DNA from: Amphiscolops sp. MND2022
Lineage: Eukaryota
Length of the DNA stretch: 64,000 bases
NCBI GenBank assembly: GCA_964187785.1
Contig: OZ076409.1
Location: forward strand, 34,660,001-34,724,000
Direction of reading: 5' to 3'
The notes below the pieces were generated by a model. The model saw nothing but the letters and a program-made list of their open reading frames with translations. It was not told the origin of the DNA and ran no database searches. The position numbers and the translations under genes were made by a program. This document shows positions 1-13,476 of the stretch, in pieces; position 1 is the first letter of the stretch, and each line of letters begins with the position of its first letter.

Positions 1-3000
1 TGTTTCATTTCTATCGTAGAAAAACTCCGCTGATTCTAGTCTGCGGTTATTCCATTCCTTTCATAGAAAAATTCCGCTGAGACTATTCTGCGGTTTTTTC
101 ATTTCTATCCTAAAAAATTTCTGCTGATTCTATTCTGCGTATTTCACTCATCTCAGAAAAATCCGCTGATTCTATTCTGCGGTTAACTCACTTCTAACTT
201 AGAAAAATTCCGCTGATTCTGTTCTGCGGTTATTTAATTTCTATTCTTTGAAAAAAATCCGCTGATTCTATTCTGCGGTTATTTCATTTCTATCTTAGAA
301 AAATTCCGCTGATTCTATTCTGCGGTTTTTTCAATTCTATCTTTGAAAAATTCCAATGATACTATTCTGCGGTTATTTCATTTCTATCTTAGAAAAATTC
401 CGCTGATTATATTCTGCGGTTATTTCATTTCTGCCATAGAAAAATTCCAATCATACTATTCTGCGGTTTTTTCATTTCTATCTTAGAAAAATTCCACTGA
501 TTCAATTCTGCGGTTATTTCTTTTCTATTTCAGAATAATTCCGTTGATTCTATTCTGCGGTTTTTTCAATTCTATCTTCGGAAAATTCCAATGATACTAT
601 TCTGCGGTTATTTAATTTCTATTCTTTGGAAAAAATCCGCTGATTCTATTCTGCGGTTTTTTCAATTCTGTCTTAGAAAAATTCCAATGATTCAGTTCTG
701 CGGTTATTTCTTTTCTATTTCAGAAAAATTCCGCTGATTCTATTTTGCGGTTAATTCACTTCTATTTTAGAAAAATTCCGCTGATTCTATTCTGCGGTTA
801 CTTAATTTCTATCTTAGAAAAATCTCGCTGATTCTATTCTGCGGTTATTTCATTTATGTCTTCGAAAAAATCCGCTGGTGCTATTCTGCAGTTATTTCAT
901 TTCTATCTGAGAAAAAATCAGCTGATTCTATACTGCGGTTATTTCATTTCTATCTTAGAAAAATTTCCCTGTTTCTATTCTCCAGTTATTTCATTTCTAT
1001 CTAAGAAAAATTCCGTTGAGTCTTTTCTGCGGTTGTTTCATTTCTATCGTAGAAAAACTCCGCTGATTCTAGTCTGCGGTTATTCCATTCCTTTCTTAGA
1101 AAAATTCCGCTGAGTCTATTCTGCGGTTTTTTCATTTCTATCCTAGAAAATTTATGCTGATTCTATTCTGCGTATTTCACTCATCTCAGAAGAATCCACT
1201 GATTCTATTCTGCGGTTAATTCACTTCTAACTTAGAAAAATTCCGCTGATTCTATTCTGCGGTTATTTGATTTCTATTCTTTGAAAAAATTCCGCTGATT
1301 CTATTCTGCGGGTATTTCATTTCTATCTTAGAAAAATTCCGCTGATTCTATTCTGCGGTTTTTTCAATTCTATCTTAGAAAAATTCCACTGATTCAATTC
1401 TTCAGTTATTTCCTTTCTATTTCAGAAAAATTCCGCTGATTCTATTCTGCGGTTTTTTCAATTCTATTTTCGGAAAATTCCAATGATACTATTCTGCGGT
1501 TATTTAATTTCTATTCTTTGGAAAAAATCCGCTGATTCTATTCTGCGGTTTTTTCAATTCTGTCTTAGAAAAATTCCAATGATTCAGTTCTGCGGTTATT
1601 TCCTTTCTATTTCAGAAAAATTCCGCTGATTCTATTTTGCGGTTAATTCACTTCTATTTTAGAAAAATTCCGCTGATTCTATTCTGCGGTTATTTAATTT
1701 CTATCTTAGAAAAATCTCGCTGTTTCTATTCTGCGGTTATTTCATTTATGTCTTCGAAAAAATCCGCTGGTGCTATTCTGCAGTTATTTCATTTCTATCT
1801 AAGAAAAAATCCGCTGATTCTATACTGCGGTTATTTCATTTCTATCTTAGAAAAATTTCCCTGTTTCTATTCTCCAGTTATTTCATTTCTATCTAAGAAA
1901 AATTCCGTTGAGTCTTTTCTGCGGTTGTTTCATTTCTATCGTAGAAAAACTCCGCTGATTCTAGTCTGCGGTTATTCCATTCCTTTCTTAGAAAAATTCC
2001 GCTGAGTCTATTCTGCGGTTTTTTCATTTCTATCCTAGAAAATTTATGCTGATTCTATTCTGCGTATTTCACTCATCTCAGAAGAATCCGCTGATTCTAT
2101 TCTGCGGTTAATTCACTTCTAACTTAGAAAAACTCCGCTGATTCTATTCTGCGGTTATTTGATTTCTATTCTTTGAAACAATTCCGCTGATTCTTTTCTG
2201 CGGGTATTTCATTTCTATCTTAGAAAAATTCCGCTGATTCTATTCTGCGGTTTTTTCAATTCTATCTTTGAAAAATTCCAATGATACTATTCTGCGGTTA
2301 TTTTATTTCTATCTTAGAAAAATTCCGCTGATTCTATTCTGCGGTTATTTCATTTATGTCTTCGAAAAATTCCGCTGGTGCTATTCTGCAGATATTTCAT
2401 TTCTATCTCAGAAAAAATCCGCTGATTCTATACTGCGGTTATTTCATTCCTTTCTTAGAAAAATTCCGCTGAGTCTATTCTGCGGTTTTTTCATTTCTAT
2501 CCTAGAAAATTTCTGCTGATTCTATTTTGCGTGTTTCACTCATCTAAGAAAAATCCGCTGATTCTATTCTGCGGTTAATTCACTTCTAACTTAGAAAAAT
2601 TCCGCTGATTCTATTCTGCGGTTATTTAGTTTCTATTCTTTGAAAAAATTCCGCTGATTCTGTTCTGCGGTTATTTCATTTCTATCTTAGAAAAATTCCG
2701 CTGATTCTATTCTGCGGTTTTTTCAATTCTATCTTTGAAAAATTCCAATGATACTATTCTGCGGTTATTTCATTTCTATCTTAGAAAAATTCCGCTGATT
2801 ATATTCTGCGGTTATTTCATTTCTGCCATAGAAAAATTCCAATCATAGTATTCTGCGGTTTTTTCATTTCTATCTTAGAAACATTCCACTGATTCAATTC
2901 TGCGGTTATTTCCTTTCTATTTCAGAAAAACTCCGCTGATTCTAGTCTGCGGTTATTCCTTTCCTTTCTTAGAAAAATTCCGTTGAGTCTATTCTGCGGT

Positions 3001-6000
3001 TTTTTCATTTCTATCCTAGAAAATTATTGCTGATTCTATTCTGCGTATTTCACTCATCTCAGAAAAATCCGCTGATTCTATTCTGCGGTTAATTCACTTC
3101 TAACTTAGAAAAATTCCGCTGATTCTATTCTGCTGTTATTTAATTTCTATTCTTTGAAAAAATTCCGCTGATTCTATTCTGCGGATATTTCATTTCTATC
3201 TTAGAAAAATTCCGCTGATTCTATTCTGCGGTTTTTTCAATTCTATCTTTGAAAAATTCCAATGATACTATTCTGCGGTTATTTCATTTCTATCTTAGAA
3301 AAATTCCGCTGATTGAATTCTGCGGTTATTTCATTTCTGCCATAGAAAAATTCCAATCATAGTATTCTGCGGTTTTTTCATTTCTATCTTAGAAAAATTC
3401 CACTGATTCAATTCTGCGGTTATTTCCTTTCTATTTCAGAAAAAATCCACTGATTCTATTCTGCAGTTTTTTCAATTCTGTCTTAAAAAATTTCCAATGA
3501 TACTATTCTGCGGGTATTTCATTTCTATCTTAGAAAAATTCCGCTGATTCTTTTCTGCGTATTTCACTCATCTCAGAAAAAATCCGCTGATTCTATTCTG
3601 CGGTTATATCACTTCTAACTTAGAAAATTTCCACTGATTCTTTTCTGCGGTTTTTTCATTTCTATCCTAGAAAATTTATGCTGATTCTATTCTGCGTATT
3701 TCACTCATCTCAGAAGAATCCGCTGATTCTATTCTGCGGTTAATTCACTTCTAACTTAGAAAAACTCCGCTGATTCTGTTCTGCGGTTATTTGATTTCTA
3801 TTCTTTGAAACAATTCCGCTGATTCTTTTCTGCGGGTATTTCATTTCTATCTTAGAAAAATTCCGCTGATTCTATTCTGCGGTTTTTTCAATTCGATCTT
3901 TGAAAAATTCCAATGATACTATTCTGCGGTTATTTTATTTCTATCTTAGAAAAATTCCGCTGATTCTATTCTGCGGTTATTTCATTTATGTCTTCGAAAA
4001 ATTCCGCTGGTGCTATTCTGCAGATATTTCATTTCTATCTCAGAAAAAATCCGCTGATTCTATACTGCGGTTATTTCATTCCTTTCTTAGAAAAATTCCG
4101 CTGAGTCTATTCTGCGGTTTTTTCATTTCTATCCTAGAAAATTTCTGCTGATTCTATTTTGCGTGTTTCACTCATCTAAGAAAAATCCGCTGATTCTATT
4201 CTGCGGTTAATTCACTTCTAACTTAGAAAAATTCCGCTGATTCTATTCTGCGGTTATTTAGTTTCTATTCTTTGAAAAAATTCCGCTGATTCTGTTCTGC
4301 GGTTATTTCATTTCTATCTTAGAAAAATTCCGCTGATTCTATTCTGCGGTTTTTTCAATTCTATCTTTGAAAAATTCCAATGATACTATTCTGCGGTTAT
4401 TTCATTTCTATCTTAGAAAAATTCCGCTGATTATATTCTGCGGTTATTTCATTTCTGCCATAGAAAAATTCCAATCATAGTATTCTGCGGTTTTTTCATT
4501 TCTATCTTAGAAACATTCCACTGATTCAATTCTGCGGTTATTTCCTTTCTATTTCAGAAAAACTCCGCTGATTCTAGTCTGCGGTTATTCCTTTCCTTTC
4601 TTAGAAAAATTCCGTTGAGTCTATTCTGCGGTTTTTTCATTTCTATCCTAGAAAATTTCTGCTGATTCTATTCTGCGTATTTCACTCATCTCAGAAAAAT
4701 CCGCTGATTCTATTCTGCGGTTAATTCACTTCTAACTTAGAAAAATTCCGCTGATTCTATTCTGCTGTTATTTAATTTCTATTCTTTGAAAAAATTCCGC
4801 TGATTCTATTCTGCGGATATTTCATTTCTATCTTAGAAAAATTCCGCTGATTCTATTCTGCGGTTTTTTCAATTCTATCTTTGAAAAATTCCAATGATAC
4901 TATTCTGCGGTTATTTCATTTCTATCTTAGAAAAATTCCGCTGATTGAATTCTGCGGTTATTTCATTTCTGCCATAGAAAAATTCCAATCATAGTATTCT
5001 GCGGTTTTTTCATTTCTATCTTAGAAAAATTCCACTGATTCAATTCTGCGGTTATTTCCTTTCTATTTCAGAAAAAATCCACTGATTCTATTCTGCAGTT
5101 TTTTCAATTCTGTCTTAAAAAATTTCCAATGATACTATTCTGCGGGTATTTCATTTCTATCTTAGAAAAATTCCGCTGATTCTTTTCTGCGTATTTCACT
5201 CATCTCAGAAAAAATCCGCTGATTCTATTCTGCGACTATTTCATTTCTATCTTAGCAAAATTTCCGCTTATTCTAATCTGCGGTTATTTCATTTCTGTCT
5301 GAGCAAAATTCCGTTGATTTTATTTTCTGATTGTTTCTTTTCTATCTTAGAAAAACTCCGCTGATTCTAATCTGCAGTTATTTCATTTCTATCTATGAAA
5401 AATTCCGCTGACGCTATCCTGCAGTTATTTCCTTTCTGTCTCAGAAAAATTCCGCTGATTGAATTCTGCGGTTATTTCATTTCTGCCATAGAAAAATTCC
5501 AATCATAGTATTCTGCGGTTTTTTCATTTCTATCTTAGAAAAATTCCACTGATTCAATTCTGCAGTTATTCCTTTCCTTTCTTAGAAAAATTCCGCTGAG
5601 TCTATTCTGCGGTTTTTTCATTTCTATCCTAGAAAAATTCTGCTGATTCTATTCTGCGTATTTCACTCATCTCAGAAAAATCCGCTGATTCTATTCTGCG
5701 GTTAATTCACTTCTAACTTAGAAAAATTCCGCTGATTCTTTTCTGCGGTTATTTAATTTCTATTCTTTGAAAAAATTCCGCTGATTCTATTCTGCGGATA
5801 TTTCAATTCTATCTTTGAAAAATTCCGCTGATTCTATTCTGCGGTTATTTCATTTCTATCTTAGAAAAATTCCGCTGATTGAATTCTGCGGTTATTTCAT
5901 TTCTGTCATAGAAAAATTCCAATCATAGTATTCTGCGGTTTTTTCATTTCTATCTTAGAAAAATTCCACTGATTCAATTCTGCGGTTATTTCCTTTCTAT

Positions 6001-7900
6001 TTCAGAAAAAATCCGCTGATTCTATTCTGCAGTTTTTTCAATTCGGTCTTAAAAAATTTCCAATGATACTATTCTGCGGGTATTTCATTTCTATCTTAGA
6101 AAAATTCCGCTGATTCTATTCTGCGTATTTCACTCATCTCAGAAAAAATCCGCTGATTCTATTCTGCGGTTATATCACTTCTAACCTAAAAAATTTCCAC
6201 TGATTCTATTCTGCGGTTATTTATTTTCTATTCTTTGAAAAAGTTCCGCTGATTCTATTCTGAGGTTATTTCATTTCTATCTTAGAAAAATTCCGCTGAT
6301 TCTATTCTGCGGTTATTACATTTCTATCTTAGAAATATTCCACTGATTCAAATCTGCGGTTCTTACATTTCTATCTTAGAACAATTCCACTGATTCATTT
6401 CTGAGGTTATTTCCTTTCTATTTCAGAAAATTCCGCTGATTCTATTCTGCGACTATTTCATTTCTATCTTAGAAAAATTTCCGCTTATTCTAATCTGCGG
6501 TTATTTCATTTCTATCTTTGAAAATCTTTCGCTGGTTCTATTCTGCGGTTATTTCATTTCTATTCTTTGAAAAAATTCCGCTGATTCTATTCTGCGGATA
6601 TTTCATTTCTATCTTAGAAAAATTCCACTGATTCTCTTCTGCGGTTTTTTCAATTCTATCTTAGAAAAATTCCAATGATACTATTCTGCGGTTATTTCAT
6701 TTCTGCCCTAGAAAGATTCCGCTGATTATATTCTGCGCTTGTTTTATTCCTATCTTAGAAAACTCCGTTGATTCTATTCTGCGGTTATTACATTTCTATA
6801 CTAGAAATATTCCACTGATTCAATTCTGCGGTTCTTACATTTCTATTTCAGAAAATTCCGCTGAATCTATTCTGCGACTATTTCATTTCTATCTTAGAAA
6901 ATTTTCCGCGTATTCTAATCTGCGGTTATTTCATTTCTATCTTCGAAAAATTTTCGCTGGTTCTATTCTGCGGTTATTTCATTTCTATTATTTGAAAAAA
7001 TTCCGCTGATTCTATTCTGCGCTTGTTTTATTCCTATCTTAGAAAAATTCCGTTGATTGTATTCTGCGGTTATTACATTTCTATCTTAGAAAAATTCCAA
7101 TGATACTATTCTGCGGTTATTTCATTTCTATCTTAGAAAAATTCCACTGATTCATTTCTCCGGTTATTTCCTTTCTATTTCAGAAAAATCCGCTGATTCT
7201 ATTCTGCGACTATTTCATTTCTATCTTAGAAAAATTTCCGCTTATTCTAATCTGCGGTTATTTCATTTCTATCTTCGAAAATCTTTCGCTGGTTCTATTC
7301 TGCGGTTATTTCATTTCTATTCTTTGAAAAAATTCCGCGGATTCTATTCTGCGGATATTTCATTTCTATCTTAGAAAAATTCCAATGATACTATTCTGCG
7401 GCTATTTCATTTCTATCTTAGAAAAATTCCGCTGATTCTATTTTGCGATTATTTCATTTCTGCCCTAGAAAGATTCCGCTGATTTTATTCTGCGCTTGTT
7501 TTATTCGTATCTTAGAAAACTCCGTTGATTCTATTCTGCGGTTATTACATTTCTATCTTAGAAAAATTCCAATGATACTATTCTGCGGTTATTTCATTTC
7601 TATCTTAGAAAAATTCCACTGATTTAATTCTGCGGTTCTTACACTTCTATCTTAGAAAAATTCCAGTCATACTATTCTGCGGTTAATTCATTCCTATCTT
7701 AGAAAAATTCCACTGATTCAATTCTGCGGATATTTCTTTTCTATTTCAGAAAATTCCGCTGATTCTATTCTGCGACTATTTCATTTCTATCTTAGAAAAA
7801 TTCCGCTTATTCTAATCTGCGGTTATTCCATTTCTATCTTCGAAAAAATTCGCTGGTTCTATTCTGCGGTTACTTCCTTTCTATCGTAGAAAAGTTTTGC
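1..7900. repeat. Tandem satellite array, ~47-bp monomer (consensus CTGCGGTTATTTCATTTCTATCTTAGAAAAATTCCGCTGATTCTATT), with higher-order repeats; runs off the left edge
   Basis: The monomer is directly visible. Variant blocks recur at offsets of 892 bp (ORFs ending 1113 and 2005) and 1632 bp (identical ORF translations at 2268 and 3900). The array stops near 7900. Confidence 0.97.
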
Positions 7901-8912
7901 TGAAGTAGAAAAAGCTAATAGAATGATGTTACATCTTATTTTCTAGATTCGATCAACTAAAAGTCTAAGAACTCTTCCTATCCGACTGAATAGTGACACT
8001 AAAACTACAGTGTGCTGTCTAAGTTGATACAGTTTGTAAACTAATGTCTTTAAAAATCATTTCCGAAAGTAAGTGGAAAGTTTTTTAAAATGCTATCTAT
8101 TCCAAATATCCCAAATTATTACTTGAAATTTAAGTCTATTGTGTATGTAGTTTCTGTTGAAAATTGTAAGTTATAACACGACTGAATTTGCGATGTGCGG
8201 AATAGACACTGCTATGACTATAACATTTTACTCTATACTAATCTGTGTCACATGATATAATTCAATATATTTACTTTCTATGCTTTTTCCCTTTTTCAGA
8301 TAGTTCATTTACATACACTGCCTTGCACTTACTCACGCAATTCCCTTTGTTCGCACGTACACGCAAGGCACTTCCTTTTGAGTAAAACACGGAGTAAGCT
8401 TTTGAGACTTTCTTACTCACTTCTAATCAATAATTGAATAGTCGCCTGAACTTACTTTACAGAATGCTAAAGCAGCTGAACTGACCAACACTGATAGTGA
8501 TTGAACAGTCCTTGAAAAAGACAAAACAGAAAATAGTAAATTAAAATTTATCCATGCCTGCGACAATATAGCAAAGTTTTATACCAATTGTTTTTGTTTG
8601 TAAGCACAACTAGTATGTGTATGACCGAAACTCAGTAGAGGTTAATTGTTGACTACGGTAATTGACGGGTGAACCGTTTAACAAATGGTATGTCAGACGG
8701 TGACCAAACTTCAAGACCTTCACAACAGATGTACTGGAGAAATTGCCAAGAGTATTCATTTGAGATCGAAACAAGACGAAAAAGGATTTGAGATCATAGA
8801 CCATGATATTTTCCACACTAAAGTATTGACATTTTCTAACCTAAAACATGTTTCGTCTAACCAATTCCAAAGGGGACATCCAATCCAAGTGATGACTTAA
8901 CACTGTGTTCAG

Positions 8913-9069
8913 GAGCGTGTATGCTGTGTTCCAAGCACTGCAACGGGTGTTTTGGACCTACTGCCTCCGAATGCTTCCGCTGTCACACTATGAAGTTTTT
9001 TGGCACGTGTATCGACCAGTGTCCTTTGGGCTTCGAACCAGAAGAAGGAAACAGCGGAGACTGCGTCAT
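8913..9069 (+). CDS. Internal exon of a host gene encoding a furin-like cysteine-rich repeat
   Basis: TTCAG acceptor ends at 8912. Translation ACMLCSKHCNGCFGPTASECFRCHTMKFFGTCIDQCPLGF fits a furin-like (FU) repeat. The GT donor at 9070 is phase 2 and compatible with the next exon. Confidence 0.8.
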
Positions 9070-9365
9070 GTTAATTCTCTCTTTCTTCCTTTCTATGCAC
9101 CTAAAAGCTATATTTTCAACAAGGCATTACTTGCATTCCGTTGATTAGTAAATTTTGCTGCTCTGATTTTTAACGGGGGAATGACTTCAATTTTTATGAA
9201 CAGCTTTGAGTTTTTAGATGTTTTTCAGTGAAAACATGTATCCGTTAATTCATTTATGACTCCATTGTTCACTACACAAAATCAAATTGACATGCATTCA
9301 ATTTTACTATGATTTATTCTGCGATCGAAGAATGACCCATTTTTGGGCATGACTTTCATTCGGAG

Positions 9366-9507
9366 GAGTTGGATGTTTTGGTATGGCCCAATTTTTGAGA
9401 AAGCAATAGTTCGGATGCAATTATTCAGAACAGATGCGTCTGTCCTGAATAATTGTATCCCGTCTATTGCTTTCTCAATAATTGGGCCATACTAAAACAT
9501 CCAACTC
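9366..9507. repeat. 142-bp near-perfect palindrome (foldback/MITE-like) in an intron
   Basis: GAGTTGGATGTTTTGGTATGGCCCAAT...ACAGA-TGCG-TCTGT...ATTGGGCCATACTAAAACATCCAACTC; arms of ~69 bp with a few mismatches. Confidence 0.9.
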
Positions 9508-9603
9508 AAAAGGGGCAACGGTCTTTCACCAGAATTACCTATTTATATTGAAATAGAAGACGTCAATTTACATGAAGCAATGATGAATTTGTTTCCTTTT
9601 CAG

Positions 9604-9774
9604 GTCGCAGTCAATCGCGGCCCTTTTCTGTATCCTGACCTTGTCGCTGTTCTGGTTCACAATTGTGGTGTGCTGTAAATGGAAGAGGTACAAAAGACAT
9701 GTCAAGCAGCAAAACCTCCCGCCCAGCAATGTCTCCGTCTCTGACTCAGACCCTCCTTACAGACCTTCCAGCAG
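9604..9774 (+). CDS. Host gene exon: transmembrane helix plus basic stop-transfer segment
   Basis: TTTCCTTTTCAG acceptor. Translation SQSIAALFCILTLSLFWFTIVVCCKWKRYKRHVKQQNLPPSN...; in frame with the previous exon (AT|G). Not present in the ORF track. Confidence 0.8.
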
Positions 9775-10458
9775 GCATGACTAAAAGATTAGAGCATTAA
9801 TGAAAGAGCATTAATTAATTCATTCAAGTTGAAAAAATTTGCCATGAAAAAGCATGGCAGCTAGCTTCCATATATGGAAACATTGTATATATGCACTTAT
9901 ACAGCTTGACCATGGTATAGCCGGGTAGTTTTTAATAGGCTTTTTAATCTCATGTATTTTTAAGTTCATTAGAAAAACGTTGTTCAAATGAACATTAATT
10001 TTTCTAGCAAGTTTATTTGTCTGAAAAAGTTGAGCTCCTATTGGGGTCATCTTTCCAATGGAGTGTTTTTTCGAAAAGGCCAACAGTTTTCGCCGTAAAA
10101 AAATGAGTTTGGAATTCGAATTCAGTTTTAGCTTTCAATTTGAAATGTACAATAACTAGTAAATTGACTTCAAGCAAGCAAAATTGGTTACGAAATAGAT
10201 GTACGGTTCCAAATACGTGACAGCATGTTGTTTTTGTCACTATCAAAATGATATTCAATATTTCAAGAGTTTCAAATTGTCGGTAATTTGTTGTTTATTT
10301 TGAAAATAATTGAAAGTTTGAAATTTTGGTACAAATCTTCACTTTCTGTTTCGAAAGTAAAAAAAGCATTTGAAACTCACTTGCATAGTGTAAAAAGCAG
10401 TTATCAAACGGAACCCCTTGATATATATGAGCTGTCTTTACTCATCTCTGTTGTGCAG

Positions 10459-10666
10459 CAAACCGGGATCCCCCACCCTCTCCCTGCAATCTCTCCCCAT
10501 CTCCTCCACCTCTCTGATCAGAAGCTCCTCCAATCGCATCAACCAGACTTCCCGCGTAGGCTCCTCTCCCAATCTACAGGGCAAACAAGAGAAGCGCACT
10601 CTGTATGGAATGGACTCCAATGCCTCAACCAGTCGGGGGCCCATTACACAAGCTACTTCCAGGTGA
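10459..10666 (+). CDS. Host gene exon: Ser/Pro-rich cytoplasmic tail (possibly the last coding exon)
   Basis: CTCTGTTGTGCAG acceptor; phase 2 matches a GC donor at 9775. Translation KPGSPTLSLQSLPISSTSLIRSSS...TSR*. An alternative donor CAG|GTGATG at 10663 cannot be excluded. Confidence 0.6.
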
Positions 10667-11299
10667 TGGATGGACAATTCGGAAATTTGAGCAGTCTGCT
10701 GGATCGAACAAAACACCCTAATTTCAATGTTAACACTTTTTGATGACCCTGTTAGCAGTCTTGTACAAATTTGGAATGTTCAATTTAGTATTTCACCATC
10801 ATATTGAACGTTCCACCTAAAAATAACATTGTCTTTGCAGACTGATTTGTCTATTGTGAAAAAAAACAGAAGTCGGCAGAGACTAATCAATGTGGAACTG
10901 AAAAAAAAACGTCGAGCGAAGATGCAACAGTTCTCACATTTTTGAAGTTGTGCTAAGAAGTTACCAACAAACGAACGTTCCAAGTTGCCTCCCCATTCCA
11001 GTTTCTAATTGAAAGCGCCAGAGCTTGTGAAAACAGTCGAGTCCTGAAAAAAGAGGGAAAAGGTCACGGTGCCAAGCAATGGTTTGATCGCTGCTCAAGT
11101 TGAATGCTAGCGCTTGCTACCGCTCTTTGAAGTTATCGCTACCGCTGTGGTCTTGGTTTGTTTTCCAGAAGTAAGTTCCAGAAATAGCTTCTTCGCTGTT
11201 TTTCCTCAGAAGATAAACAAAACGCCACCGCAGAAAATTTTTCAAGAACTCCAGAAACTACAATCGAAAAAGCTTCCCAAATTTTTGGACTTTCAAAAT

Positions 11300-11690
11300 T
11301 TTTGAACCCCTTCAATTTTTGTCATATTTTGCAACAAATTGGATGTTAAAAAAGTACAAAGGGCCCCCTTTTACATTTTCGGCCCTATGATGCAGTTTCA
11401 AAACGCTCATATATTGAATAAGGATTTTTCAATATATATCCACCAATATTTTTTGCGACCCTATGCGAATTTTTACGTTGAATCCGTACTATATTGTGTT
11501 TCACTGAAAAATCGGAAAAAAATAAGGCGGGGGTTCGAAATCAAGCCAACCCATTCATCCCAGCACGAAAACTTTGGGTGTTTTGACAATCAAATTGAAT
11601 TGTTTTTTTAAAAAGACCTGAGTACGTTTTAAAAACATTGCGCTTTTTGAGCCTTAAGTCGGGCACCGACTTGAGACGTTTCCGTCTTAA
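11300..11690 (+). mobile_element. 3' part of a non-autonomous Helentron-associated (HINE/DINE-like) repeat
   Basis: Contains AAAGGGCCCCCTTT and ends GGGCACCGACTTGAGACGTTTCCGTCTT, similar to the Helentron 3' end at 55767-55797. Left boundary approximate. Confidence 0.6.
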
Positions 11691-11987
11691 TGATATTAGC
11701 GGTAGTGATAGCTAAATTACTCTTAGCGGTTAAACAACTGGTGCCGAGAAATGCAAACAAGCGACAGCTCGTGGAAATTTTCTTACAGCATTTTGGGAAA
11801 GTTGTACAGTAAATGAGCCGATGTGCTAAGGAAAGCCTTCGTTTTTATAACGTAAACCTTGCCAAGGAGGCTACTAGGTGCAGGAAGAACTTTGGGAGGT
11901 AGTAAGTTGTCATGCCGTGAGCATGATTGAGCAACCGAAAGTTACTGATGCCGCCAAATATACAACGTCGAATAACAAAAATCAACC

Positions 11988-13476
11988 TGTCGCAGGCTGC
12001 CGCCTGCGATGGAAACTACTATCAAATCCCGGAAGACGGCAACAATACGAACCCGATGCCAGGAGTACTCCCTATTTAGCTGAGTGGACGCAACGTCTAC
12101 GTAGCCTTAAAGAATTACCCCACTAATTATACAAAACAGTCACTATTATGATTGATAGCATAAATTACATTTTGTGCTAATGTACTTGTGTTTAGAAGTA
12201 TTTATGCGGATTAATACAATGTAAATGATTAGTAAATTGATGCAAAGCTAAAGCAGTTAGATTAAAAGCAACTTGCAGTGATAAAGGAAACGCGTTCAAG
12301 TATGGCAGTGCTAAGGCCAACTAGACGCGCAGTCCGTACATGTATTGGCCAATAGTATTAGAGCGCACGTATATTTACTGTAGCTCGTTGGACGACCGGT
12401 CCACTGAAGTATTATATATTACTGACGTCACAGTGACCAATTGCATTGCTGTATTATTAATATAGCTTGCTTCATTAAAAATGCATGTAATATGTATGAT
12501 CATGTGCTAGTAGCCGCCTTTCCATTTCAACGAGTAATCACCGTCACAACCTACAGTCCTTGTCATGACGTCATGAAGTTTATTATTAGATAATGATGTA
12601 ACTTAGGGTGCTACTATTTATAGTAACATGACTAGCAAAATAAGGCGTGTCATGCATGTGAAACTATATAAAGAAGGAACTGTGGACTGGAGGGACCAGA
12701 ATTTCTGATACTTCCAAACGATATACTTTGCGAAATACCAGTACAACTGTGATTTGATATCTCTTACGCTTGTTCGGTTTTGTTCTGTTGATATTGATTT
12801 CTTCAATTCATTGTTAACTGCACTCAACTTTCAATGCCTTCGACTCGTAAGCAAAAGGCGAAAGAGAGACGCTCAAGACAATTAGAAATGTTGTCTGATG
12901 TAGAAAATGTTGATATAATGTTAGGTAGTTATTCAAGAGAAGATGAAGATAATAACGCTAGTGAGAATGAAGCCAACTTGGACTCAGGGTCTAGCCGGCC
13001 ACAGCAATGTTCAAATACTTTAGGAGAAGACTTCAGGTCTTTATTTAATGCGAACAGCCGGGAAAATAGTGAAGTTACTATTGAAACTACTAGATTGATT
13101 AACGAGGAAATTTCCAATCAAATGTCAAGAAAACTGAATGAGATCAAGGATAGTTTGAATAACCAGATTCAGGACGCAATTAGTAGTGCAATTACCGGAC
13201 AAATACTTCCTTCCATTCAAAACACGTTGCAAACTCAGGGAAAGGCGAAACGTAACACAATGGACCGGGGGTCCATTGAGCGACAGGAAAGAGTCAAGGT
13301 CACAGGTTCATTTATAAGGGACAAAAGGTCCGCTGAGCGACAACGGAACCCCGAAGTAGATAATAGCCAAAATATCTGGGAAAATCATCCAAGGAAGTGT
13401 TTCATGCAAGAAAATATTAGACAAATGTCCCGACAAGGTTCGATTGACTCAGGAGATATTGAACAAAACTACGACA
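11988..13476 (+). repeat. 5' LTR (1489 bp)
   Basis: Direct repeat of 26153-27641 with about 8 substitutions noticed by eye; TG...CA ends with a 7/8 terminal inverted repeat. Confidence 0.97.
12665..12672 (+). promoter_or_regulatory. Candidate LTR TATA box (TATATAAA)
   Basis: Lies ~170 bp upstream of the gag ATG and is present in both LTRs. Confidence 0.5.

Noticed and set aside
856..4151. Four ORFs of 83-122 aa in the satellite
   Set aside because: They are translations of the 47-bp monomer and repeat with the array.
1..7900. CRISPR-like appearance of short palindromic repeats
   Set aside because: No unique spacers, no cas genes, eukaryotic context.
10288..10743. 151-aa ORF and the antisense 92-aa ORF
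   Set aside because: They overlap the Ser-rich exon in other frames; the splice phase supports the frame ending at 10666.
11878..12126. 82-aa ORF
   Set aside because: It spans the flank/LTR junction and is out of frame with the ORF3 tail.
12618..12827. 69-aa minus-strand ORF duplicated at 26783-26992
   Set aside because: The duplication simply reflects the LTRs; non-ATG start and no motif.
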